Counted from the first letter of the stretch, positions 9,231-16,156 are shown. The stretch: 20,000 nucleotides of DNA from an uncultured virus (IMG/VR IMGVR_UViG_3300025126_000012) (IMGVR_UViG_3300025126_000012); one strand, 5' to 3'. Translations and numbers: made by a program. Notes: generated by a model not told the origin, from the letters alone.

Positions 9231-9491
9231 ATGAAAAATCGCGAGGGAGTTGAGTATTCTTTTCAAAAAATTAACAATGATGAGTTTAAAATAGTAGGTG
9301 ACTTGAAACACTGGAGATATGGTGGTAAAGACGGGCAGGCTGAAATTGACACAAATGATTTGGGATTTGTGGACCCATCTGGAGGTCCATTCATTTCAGT
9401 CGGTTCTTTGTTGAATGGGCGTAAAGTCACGAATATTCGGATCGATGCCGACAGTTCATTCATTTTTGAACTTCAGCCCTATGCAGCATAA
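9231..9491 (+). CDS. Hypothetical protein
   Basis: GGAGG RBS before ATG 9231; FVDPSGGPFISVG motif. Confidence 0.7.
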   Translation: MKNREGVEYSFQKINNDEFKIVGDLKHWRYGGKDGQAEIDTNDLGFVDPSGGPFISVGSLLNGRKVTNIRIDADSSFIFELQPYAA

Positions 9492-9540
9492 GTCATTGGT
9501 TTGTATAGACATTTGACATTTTATCAGCATGTGTTTTAAT
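9489..9540 (+). promoter_or_regulatory. sigma70-type promoter with IHF-like box
   Basis: TAAGTCATTGGTT 9489; TTGACA 9513-9518; TTTAAT 9535-9540. Confidence 0.6.
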
Positions 9541-9575
9541 GATTATATCGATAAATGTGGTACGAGGAGAAATAC

Positions 9576-10469
9576 GTGAAAAGGGCTATTATTGCAATTG
9601 GTATTTCGGGGTCGGGCAAAACCACCGAAATTGCAAAGCGGGAATATGATTACTTCGTTAGAATTGAACGTGATATTATGCGCAAGCGCCTGCTTGGATT
9701 TGATGATGATAATTCTAGCGATAACTTCTGGTCCCTCTGGAAATTCACAAAAGAAAATGAAAACAAAGTCACTGAAATGGTGAATGAAATAATTGATGAC
9801 TGCGCAAAGATGAAAGCAAACATCATTATTGGTGATACGAATTTGAATATTAAATATCGGTCACTGCTGCATACAAAACTTGAAGAACTTGGATATACTG
9901 TTGAGTTCAAAGTCTTCCATATTGATGTGATGGAAGCAATTAAGCGTGACGAGCGCCGCCGCGATACTGTCGGTCATCAGGTTATTTGGAAGCAGTATGA
10001 ACAATTTACTAAAGAATTTCCAAGTACTCGGCAGTATGTTGCAGACGTCACAAAACCAAGGGCTATCTTGGTTGATGTAGATGGAACATTGGCTCACATG
10101 AATGGTAAGCGCGGGGCGTTTGAATGGGATAAAGTCGGGCTGGATGATTGTGATGAACAAGTAAAGTTTTTGGTAAATAACATGCCAGTGGAAGATACTG
10201 TTATAATTCTTTCTGGGAGAGATGGCATCTGTAGACCAGAAACAGAAAAGTGGCTCGATTATAATGACATTTTTTTTGATACGTTACTCATGCGAGCAAC
10301 AGGTGATATGAGAAAAGATACAGTTGTGAAAGAGGAAATTTTCTGGAGAGATATTGCTCCGAATTACAATTGTCAATTCGTTATCGATGATAGGCCTAGC
10401 GTGTGTGATAACTGGAGAGCAATGGGGCTTAAAGTTTTTCAGGTTGGCAATCCTAACATCAGATTTTGA
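9576..10469 (+). CDS. pseT: Polynucleotide 5'-kinase/3'-phosphatase (T4 PseT/PNKP)
   Basis: P-loop GISGSGKTT, ERD..R, DTNLN; C-terminal HAD DVDGTLA, LSGR, RKDTVVK, IDDRPSV. GAGGAG RBS before GTG 9576. Confidence 0.93.
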   Translation: MKRAIIAIGISGSGKTTEIAKREYDYFVRIERDIMRKRLLGFDDDNSSDNFWSLWKFTKENENKVTEMVNEIIDDCAKMKANIIIGDTNLNIKYRSLLHTKLEELGYTVEFKVFHIDVMEAIKRDERRRDTVGHQVIWKQYEQFTKEFPSTRQYVADVTKPRAILVDVDGTLAHMNGKRGAFEWDKVGLDDCDEQVKFLVNNMPVEDTVIILSGRDGICRPETEKWLDYNDIFFDTLLMRATGDMRKDTVVKEEIFWRDIAPNYNCQFVIDDRPSVCDNWRAMGLKVFQVGNPNIRF

Positions 10470-10483
10470 CAGGAGATTAAATA

Positions 10484-10861
10484 ATGGAAGTCGTAATCAA
10501 TGTAGATTTTGGTGGGTTTGGGGTTTCATCAGAAGTAATGCAGTATTTGATAGATAATAAATCTGATGCAATTATACTCATGCCTGTGATGGATGCTGAT
10601 CATTTTAATAAGTATACAAGTAATTACAATGATTATGGTTGTATAAAGGCGACAGGGAATTCTATTTATGTTCTGAAATCCGGATATGATATTCGTACAA
10701 ACAAGGATTTGATTAAAGCAGTTAAAATATTTGGCAAAGCAGCGAACGGGAAATATGCGTCATTGAAAATTGTAGAAATTCCTGACGACATTTCGTGGTT
10801 TATTTCGGTGGATGACGGTGGTAGAGAACATGTTTCGGAAACTCATAGAACTTGGAGATAA
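10484..10861 (+). CDS. Hypothetical phage protein (125 aa)
   Basis: AGGAG RBS; VVINxDFGGFG...LKIVEIPDD...W...DGGREHVSE.HRTW. Confidence 0.8.
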   Translation: MEVVINVDFGGFGVSSEVMQYLIDNKSDAIILMPVMDADHFNKYTSNYNDYGCIKATGNSIYVLKSGYDIRTNKDLIKAVKIFGKAANGKYASLKIVEIPDDISWFISVDDGGREHVSETHRTWR

Positions 10862-10862
10862 A

Positions 10863-11186
10863 ATGAACTATAATATTGAGTATGAAAAAAAGTCTTTCAT
10901 GAAAGCAATAGACTACATTAAAGAAAATAATCTCTATCGCAGAGGGGAGTCTAATTATGATTTGTGGTTAATTGATTTTATCAAAAGCACGGTAAAGAGT
11001 GCTATGCATAAGTATAAAAGCGCGGGGGTATGGTCTTCTTGGTCTTCGTGCGGCGGGGTAACACTTGTGTTAACGTCAGATAATAAAGCAACGGAAGGCT
11101 TCGATATAATTGATGTCAATATCACAGTTGAACCTAATTTTGAAAATAGTGATTATGTAACACTAAAAATTCGTGATGAAGCTTAA
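10863..11186 (+). CDS. Hypothetical protein
   Basis: GGAG RBS before ATG 10863. Confidence 0.7.
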   Translation: MNYNIEYEKKSFMKAIDYIKENNLYRRGESNYDLWLIDFIKSTVKSAMHKYKSAGVWSSWSSCGGVTLVLTSDNKATEGFDIIDVNITVEPNFENSDYVTLKIRDEA

Positions 11187-11243
11187 AAATGAGTCTAGAA
11201 TTAGAACAAAATAACAGGTATTACTTTTGATAAAGGGATTGAC

Positions 11244-11456
11244 ATGAATTTTATTATTACTACTCATGCGACATTTGAACATATTTACGAAATTGATGCC
11301 CCAAATGAAAATGCCGCTGTTGAGATTGTGACGAGAACAGATGCTCAATTGGATTATCATCAAAGATTTATTGGAGAAAAAGTAGTACACATCACACTTG
11401 CCCACAATTCTATTCCTATGACGCCAGATGAATTTAGAGCATTAGGTTGTTTTTGA
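11244..11456 (+). CDS. Hypothetical protein (70 aa)
   Basis: AAGGGA RBS; intact ORF. Confidence 0.6.
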   Translation: MNFIITTHATFEHIYEIDAPNENAAVEIVTRTDAQLDYHQRFIGEKVVHITLAHNSIPMTPDEFRALGCF

Positions 11457-11481
11457 TAATGCCAGATTAAAGGAGATTATT

Positions 11482-12174
11482 ATGCGAGTGGACATAGGAA
11501 AGTACAAGTATTATGTTGGGCCTTATCAGATAGCTGAAATGCTGATGTTTTGGATTCCTAAATACAATGATAAGCACGAATATACAAAAGCATACGATAA
11601 ATATGTTCATAGATTTGGTGAAATTTTAGCAGATACTCCGATAAACACTTTATGTGAATGGATTGATACTAAGCAGAAACGTAAAATCAAAGTTAAAATC
11701 CACGATTATGACACTTGGAGTATGGATTATACATTGGCATTGATTATTTTACCTATGCTTAAAAAGCTGAAAGAGACTAAACACGGCTCGGTCATAGTTG
11801 ATTTAGAAGATGTTCCACTACAGTATCGATATAGTGATGATTCAGAATATGAAAATGCTCAACGAGCATTTGACTTTTACAATGACGAAGATAGTGTCAA
11901 AATTGAGTGCGACCATCATGTACGATGGGACTGGGTACTCGATGAAATGATTTTTGCCTTTGAAATGATTTTAAACGATGGAAATTGGATGGATGCTTAT
12001 AAAACATCATATCCAATGACCGAAGAGGAATCAAAACATCAATCAGTATTAAATAAATTGTATTCTAAAAATGTTAAAATTGTTTATGATTGGGATAGTA
12101 TCGAAAAGGTAGAAAACAGAATAACAAACGGCCTCATTTTATTCGGCAAATATTATAGAGGATTATGGTCTTGA
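11482..12174 (+). CDS. Hypothetical phage protein (230 aa)
   Basis: AAGGAG RBS; YDTWSMDYTLA, WDWVLDEMIFAF, GLILFGKYYRGLW. Confidence 0.8.
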   Translation: MRVDIGKYKYYVGPYQIAEMLMFWIPKYNDKHEYTKAYDKYVHRFGEILADTPINTLCEWIDTKQKRKIKVKIHDYDTWSMDYTLALIILPMLKKLKETKHGSVIVDLEDVPLQYRYSDDSEYENAQRAFDFYNDEDSVKIECDHHVRWDWVLDEMIFAFEMILNDGNWMDAYKTSYPMTEEESKHQSVLNKLYSKNVKIVYDWDSIEKVENRITNGLILFGKYYRGLWS

Positions 12175-12213
12175 TGATGTGGGCTTTTGAGTTAAATCAA
12201 ATATGGAGCGCAG

Positions 12214-12678
12214 ATGTTAGACATACAAACTTTACGAAATGATTTGGAGGGCGTGGCCGCACGTTTGGCGACACGCGGATTTGTTTTGGATACCGCGAAA
12301 TTCGAGCAGCTGGAAGCCGAACGCAAAAGCATCCAGGCGCGCGCGCAGGAACTGCAAGCCAAGCGCAATGTCGCATCCAAGCTAATCGGTCAGGCGAAGG
12401 CCAATGGTGAAGAAACGACCGCTATCAAGGCCAAAGTGATAGCGGTGAATGATGAGTTGAAGCAACTAGAAGCCAGGCTGCCACAAGTGCTGGGAGATAT
12501 GGAGGCCTTCCTCGCCAATATCCCCAACCGGCCGCACCCCAACGTGCCCGAAGGGAAGTCGGAAGCAGATAACGTCGAGATGTATAAGATCGGCGAGCCG
12601 AAGAAATTCGATTTCGAGGTGCAGGACCATGTCAGCATCGGCGAGGACTTGGGCGGTATGGAGAAGATTTCCAAGTGA
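12214..12678 (+). CDS. serS: Host-derived seryl-tRNA synthetase remnant: N-terminal tRNA-binding coiled coil with the catalytic core deleted in frame
   Basis: MLDIQTLRND...RGF...LEAERKSIQ...LQAKRN.ASKLIGQAK...IPNRPHPNVPEGKSEADNVE...DHVSIGE, then GGMEKISK*. No class II motifs; markedly GC-richer than the flanks. Confidence 0.9.
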   Translation: MLDIQTLRNDLEGVAARLATRGFVLDTAKFEQLEAERKSIQARAQELQAKRNVASKLIGQAKANGEETTAIKAKVIAVNDELKQLEARLPQVLGDMEAFLANIPNRPHPNVPEGKSEADNVEMYKIGEPKKFDFEVQDHVSIGEDLGGMEKISK

Positions 12679-13208
12679 GCCTCATCCATCTGCTCGCCAC
12701 CACCGGCCACAGACTGACGTGGCCTCTAAAGATCGTAATGTGTTTATTGATATTATCAAACACCTCCTTAGCAGATAAGCTCGTAATACCACCAGAGTAT
12801 GTGATAAAATATTCAGCGAAAATGGCTTATAAAGATTTTCCAAAACAAGCAGATATTTTGGCAATAATCAGAGTAGAGTCAGCATTCAATCCGAAGGCAT
12901 TCAATCCAGAGAAGAGCAAGATAAATCCTAACAGGAAAATACCCCCCTCTATTGGACTTATGCAGGTGCAGAATGGCACGTTCAATCCGAAGCATAACAT
13001 GAAGCAAGGAACTTCTCTACTTAGAGAGTATTACGTAAAGTATTGCAATCGTAGCATTGAGTGCGCCGTAAAAAGTTATAACATCGGTCCACGAAATTTT
13101 AAACACGGGAAATTAAAAAAATCTGGAGCAATCTATTTCAATAAATACCAATATCATCGAGCGAGATACGACAAATTTGTTGAAAAGTTGACAACCCACG
13201 TTAATTAA
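12675..13208 (+). CDS. Lytic transglycosylase (SLT domain) with hydrophobic N-terminal segment
   Basis: IIRVESAFNPKA (catalytic Glu), GLMQV, SYNIG motifs. The start is uncertain (GTG 12675 or an internal ATG). Confidence 0.85.
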   Translation: MSLIHLLATTGHRLTWPLKIVMCLLILSNTSLADKLVIPPEYVIKYSAKMAYKDFPKQADILAIIRVESAFNPKAFNPEKSKINPNRKIPPSIGLMQVQNGTFNPKHNMKQGTSLLREYYVKYCNRSIECAVKSYNIGPRNFKHGKLKKSGAIYFNKYQYHRARYDKFVEKLTTHVN

Positions 13209-13245
13209 TCTATGATGGATTTTTAGAACTCAATTGGAGTAATGT

Positions 13246-13512
13246 ATGAATGTTGTTGTAATTAAGACATTAGGCGGTGAAGAGATTCTGGCAGAACTCG
13301 AATCAATATCATCAGAAGGTGATTATACCGTTACTAGACCTAGGATACTAATGGTTTCTGGCCAAAACATTGGATTAGTGCCTTATCTCATTAGTGTACC
13401 TGATGCTAATAACATCAGAATAAAAGCACATTCTATTGTAACAGCGGTGGATGCTCCGCATGAAATCGCGAATCAATATATCAAAACTGTAACAACTTTG
13501 ATACTGGGGTAA
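13246..13512 (+). CDS. Hypothetical protein (88 aa), possibly small beta-barrel/Sm-like
   Basis: GGAG RBS; VVVIKTLGGEEILAEL...IGLVPY pattern. Confidence 0.75.
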   Translation: MNVVVIKTLGGEEILAELESISSEGDYTVTRPRILMVSGQNIGLVPYLISVPDANNIRIKAHSIVTAVDAPHEIANQYIKTVTTLILG

Positions 13513-13540
13513 ACGTAAGCATGAGTACTTTTATTGTTTA

Positions 13541-13568
13541 CTTTGACATCCTCGCGAGGTTGTCAAAG
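13541..13568. terminator. Hairpin, possible terminator or processing stem
   Basis: CTTTGACA.CCT-CGCG-AGG.TGTCAAAG inverted repeat after the last CDS; no clean U-tract. Confidence 0.4.
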
Positions 13569-13571
13569 GGG

Positions 13572-13823
13572 TAAATTGTTGTTTTTATTAGACATTTGAC
13601 AATTAATTAAAAATCTATATAATTGATTATGTCGATTTAAATGTTTTGGTGAATCAATTTGTTTCATAATGAATTGGATGAAATTTCGCCAAATCATTGA
13701 TTGATAAATAAATTTGACAATTAAATCGAAACTTGATATGATTGTTAGGTGGTTGTGAAACAGGCAACACTGAAAGGTGTAAATCTTTCACCATTTGACA
13801 ATTAAATCGAAACTTGATATGAT
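13572..13823 (+). promoter_or_regulatory. Three tandem sigma70 promoters driving the RNA island; two lie in a 41-bp direct repeat
   Basis: TTGACA at 13596 (TATAAT 13618), 13714 and 13795 (both followed by TATGAT). ATTTGACAATTAAATCGAAACTTGATATGATTGTTAGGTGG occurs at 13712-13752 and 13793-13833. Confidence 0.8.
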
Positions 13824-13834
13824 TGTTAGGTGGA

Positions 13835-14250
13835 ATTCAATGACACATAATATCGTGTTAGCAAACAGGAATGGAACGTGGCTGCGAGGACCTGTTTAAA
13901 AACCTCTACGGGCGGATTCGGGGATGAATGGGAAACTGAAAAATCCGAATATTGGACATTCAATAGATGTTCAATCAAAAAAATTATGCATATTAATATA
14001 TTAATATGTTAAGACCGTTGTTGGATACGGAGAGATTGATACAAAGTATATGGGTTCGATTCCCTTTATGAAACTGTTAACGCAGATGGCATATACAGGT
14101 GTTCCAGAATTAAAAGGTTGGTAATCGACGTGGTGAGCAAAGCCAACATTATTTGATTGAACTTTATTGAGTGTGCTTTATTAAGATTTTCAATGAAAAG
14201 GTTGCAGATGTAAACATCATTGGTCAAGAAATCTTAATTAAGCACATTTT
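13835..14250 (+). ncRNA. Candidate structured ncRNA(s) upstream of the tRNA array
   Basis: No ORF; long stems 13956-13979/14152-14174 and 14172-14190/14229-14246; internal T-loop hairpin GGG-TTCGATT-CCC. Confidence 0.55.
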
Positions 14251-14256
14251 ACAATA

Positions 14257-14312
14257 CTCCTGTAACGCGAAGGGAACGGTTTGATTCCGTTACGGACCGT
14301 TACGGTCCACCA
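14257..14312 (+). pseudogene. 3' tRNA remnant with internal tandem duplication
   Basis: T-arm AACGG-TTTGATT-CCGTT, duplicated CCGTTACGG, ends ACCA; no 5' half. Confidence 0.55.
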
Positions 14313-14421
14313 AAATGCACAGCATCGCTTTATGCTGTGGTAGGAAGCCTCTGTATCCGTCGGAAACATGCATCTCAAACTACAACGAGAGTCCTCGCAA
14401 AAGGACATAGCTTTAAATAAT

Positions 14422-14504
14422 GCCCTGATGGCGGAATTGGTAGACGCATCAGATTTAAGTCCTGACGCTTAGGCATGTCGGTTCGAGTCCGACTCGGGGT
14501 ACCA
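14422..14504 (+). tRNA. tRNA-Leu(TAA)
   Basis: GCCCTGA/TCGGGGT acceptor, TT-TAA-GT loop, long variable arm, GTTCGAGTCC, ACCA. Confidence 0.9.
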
Positions 14505-14523
14505 ACTTTGAGTTGCATATATA

Positions 14524-14599
14524 GGGCCTGTAGTTTAATGATAAAACACCGAACTCATAATTCGAGAGACTACCAGTTTGACCCTGGTCGGGCCCACCA
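14524..14599 (+). tRNA. tRNA with CAT anticodon (Ile2 or elongator Met)
   Basis: GGGCCTG/CGGGCCC acceptor, CT-CAT-AA loop, ACCA. Confidence 0.85.
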
Positions 14600-14730
14600 A
14601 TTTGGCTGAAACATATTATAAATGTCACTATGGACTAATGCCGCCGATACAACAAATGTAACAATTACAACAACGGGTTCTAAATTTACAAAAACTGCAC
14701 ATTAAGGAAAATAATATTATATATGATTTA

Positions 14731-14809
14731 CCGCCAGTATCACAACCGCCTTCTAAGCGGTAGCCGTGTAATTGGACCAATGGGAGTTCGAGTCTCTCCT
14801 GGCGGACCA
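14731..14809 (+). tRNA. Non-canonical tRNA-Arg(TCT)-like: no D-arm, enlarged variable region
   Basis: CCGCCAG/CTGGCGG acceptor, 7-nt linker, ACCGC-CTTCTAA-GCGGT, 20-nt variable region, GGGAG-TTCGAGT-CTCTC, ACCA. Confidence 0.75.
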
Positions 14810-14814
14810 AATTT

Positions 14815-14852
14815 GCCGACATCTACTGGTTCGAGTCCTGTCTCCGAGACCA
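14815..14852 (+). pseudogene. 3' tRNA fragment (Pro-like acceptor end)
   Basis: GGTTCGAGTCCTGT-CTCCGAG-ACCA with no matching 5' half. Confidence 0.55.
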
Positions 14853-14913
14853 TAGAAGTTGTCTAATCGCAATATGTTTTAAGATATACCCGAGCTGAAC
14901 CAAATAATGAATT

Positions 14914-14989
14914 GGGAGTATAGCTCAGCTGGAAGAGCATTCGACTTTTAATCGACAGGGTGCGAGTTCGAACCTCGCTGCTCCTACCA
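14914..14989 (+). tRNA. tRNA-Lys(TTT)
   Basis: Canonical cloverleaf, TAGCTCAG, CT-TTT-AA, GTTCGAACC, ACCA. Confidence 0.93.
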
Positions 14990-15078
14990 ATGCAATGCAT
15001 GACTACACTAAGTCAGAGCATAAATTTGGGATGTTAGTGATAACGAGAGTCCTGCAAGAGGACATAGCTTTAAATAAT

Positions 15079-15152
15079 GCCCTTATCGTATAATGATATT
15101 ACGGTTGACCTGTAATCAACTCATGGAGGTTTGATTCCTTCTGGGGGCACCA
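15079..15152 (+). tRNA. tRNA-Thr(TGT), C at position 33
   Basis: GCCCTTA/TGGGGGC, GTTGA-CCTGTAA-TCAAC, short variable loop, ACCA. Confidence 0.8.
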
Positions 15153-15171
15153 GAACAAATGTAATAAATAT

Positions 15172-15266
15172 GCTCCCCAGCATTAGTGTGCAGCGGATTT
15201 TTATAAAGTCTGGAGACTGGTCAGATAGGCTGGAACGGCACGGAGCGTAACCGTGGGGGAGTACCA
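15172..15266 (+). tRNA. Non-canonical tRNA with TAT anticodon (Ile-like) and long variable arm
   Basis: GCTCCCC/GGGGAGT, reduced D hairpin GCA-TTAGTG-TGC, GGATT-TTTATAA-AGTCT, ~27-nt variable region, CACGG-AGCGTAA-CCGTG, ACCA. Confidence 0.7.
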
Positions 15267-15290
15267 AACAACTTAACGCATGTGATAAAT

Positions 15291-15376
15291 ACCCGAGTGG
15301 CGTAATGGCAGCCGCGCTGTGCTTAGAACGCAGTGTCCGTAAGGGCGTGTCGGTTCAAATCCGACCTCGGGTACCA
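15291..15376 (+). tRNA. tRNA-Leu(TAG)
   Basis: ACCCGAG/CTCGGGT, CTGTG-CTTAGAA-CGCAG, long variable arm, ACCA. Confidence 0.92.
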
Positions 15377-15384
15377 AAATAATT

Positions 15385-15459
15385 GGAGATGTCATATACT
15401 GGCTATTATGCTCGGCTGTCTACCGGGACAAGACGGATCGTAACCGTTCATCTCCGCCA
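15385..15459 (+). tRNA. tRNA-Asp(GTC)
   Basis: GGAGATG/CATCTCC, CTCGG-CTGTCTA-CCGGG, atypical T-loop ATCGTAA, GCCA. Confidence 0.85.
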
Positions 15460-15465
15460 TACAAT

Positions 15466-15549
15466 GGAAGATGTGGTGCAAGGTGCAACCGGAGTTTGCT
15501 AAATTCCCGGCCAGAAAGGGCCCGACAGGTTCGATTCCTGTATCTTCCT
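15466..15549 (+). tRNA. tRNA-Ser(GCT), no encoded CCA
   Basis: GGAAGAT/ATCTTCC, GGAGT-TTGCTAA-ATTCC, long variable arm, GTTCGATTCC. Confidence 0.8.
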
Positions 15550-15551
15550 GT

Positions 15552-15622
15552 GCCTCGTCTGATGGACAGTGTCTAGTCTTCGAAACTGGAACAGAGCGGT
15601 TCGATACCGTTACGGGGCACCA
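15552..15622 (+). tRNA. tRNA-Arg(TCG) with minimal D-arm
   Basis: GCCTCGT/ACGGGGC, CTG-ATGGA-CAG, CTAGT-CTTCGAA-ACTGG, ACCA. Confidence 0.8.
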
Positions 15623-15628
15623 AATAAT

Positions 15629-15704
15629 CGTCGTGTGGCAGAAAAGTGATGCACTGCTTTCATAATGCAGTTTCAAGCTGGCGCAATACCAGCCATGACG
15701 ACCG
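15629..15704 (+). tRNA. tRNA-Met(CAT)-like, divergent
   Basis: CGTCGTG/CATGACG, CTGC-T-TTCATAA-T-GCAG, GCTGG-CGCAATA-CCAGC, ends ACCG. Confidence 0.7.
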
Positions 15705-15752
15705 ATTATTACAATTGGGCATTAGTCATCTTCTGCCAAATTCAATAATAAT

Positions 15753-15830
15753 GGTGAGTATAGCTTAATCAGTAAAGCCTCTGGCTGTGAATCAGGGAGT
15801 CCTGCGAATGCAAGTCTCGTTGCTCCCCCA
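15753..15830 (+). tRNA. tRNA-His(GTG), degenerate T-arm
   Basis: Extra 5' G, TAGCTTAA, TCTGG-CTGTGAA-TCAGG, ends CCCA. Confidence 0.75.
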
Positions 15831-15855
15831 CAAGTTTTAGCTTTGCAAAAAATAA

Positions 15856-15930
15856 CTCTCTGAGGTGTTAATAGATGCATGCGTGGTTTGGGACCACGAG
15901 GAGTAGGCGCGATACCTACCAGAGAGACCA
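15856..15930 (+). tRNA. tRNA-Pro(TGG)
   Basis: CTCTCTG/CAGAGAG, CGTGG-TTTGGGA-CCACG, GTAGG-CGCGATA-CCTAC, ACCA. Confidence 0.85.
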
Positions 15931-15935
15931 AAATA

Positions 15936-16007
15936 CAGTGTGTAAGTCATTGGCAGACATCCCGGCTTGGAACTGGGGAGCAGTAGGTTCGATTCCTACC
16001 ACACTGA
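15936..16007 (+). tRNA. tRNA-Pro(TGG), second dissimilar copy, no encoded CCA
   Basis: CAGTGTG/CACACTG, CCCGG-CTTGGAA-CTGGG, GTAGG-TTCGATT-CCTAC. Confidence 0.85.
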
Positions 16008-16044
16008 CACAAGTGAAGATGATTTTGTGTCATCTTTACACAAT

Positions 16045-16118
16045 GCGGGAGTCGTATAATGGCATTATTACAGCCTTCCAAGCTGAAGACAGGGGTTCGA
16101 TTCCCCTTTCCCGCTCCC
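16045..16118 (+). tRNA. tRNA-Gly(TCC)
   Basis: GCGGGAG/TTCCCGC, CAGC-CTTCCAA-GCTG, AGGGG-TTCGATT-CCCCT, ends TCCC. Confidence 0.9.
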
Positions 16119-16156
16119 TTGAGTCACAGTCAAGACTCGAACTTGTATATAGTAAT

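Noticed and set aside
8076..9491. Read-through fusion of RNA ligase with the in-frame downstream ORF
   Set aside because: The downstream gene has its own GGAGG RBS before ATG 9231, and sharing a frame has a one-in-three chance.
13835..14250. Assignment to RNase P RNA, 6S, SRP or a group I intron
   Set aside because: I could not find their conserved signature sequences, so it is left as an unassigned ncRNA candidate.
14622..14705. 27-codon mini-ORF MSLWTNAADTTNVTITTTGSKFTKTAH between tRNAs
   Set aside because: No RBS and too short to support; possibly a gene remnant.
14731..14809. Amber suppressor (CUA) reading of the CTTCTAA loop, likewise TTCCTAA in the tRNA at 17986-18055
   Set aside because: The perfect 5-bp stems centre the 7-nt loops on TCT and CCT; CTA is off-register.
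15875..16156. N-terminal extension of the GIY-YIG ORF (280 aa in the ORF track)
   Set aside because: It runs through three tRNA genes; the GIY-YIG motif begins right after ATG 16157.
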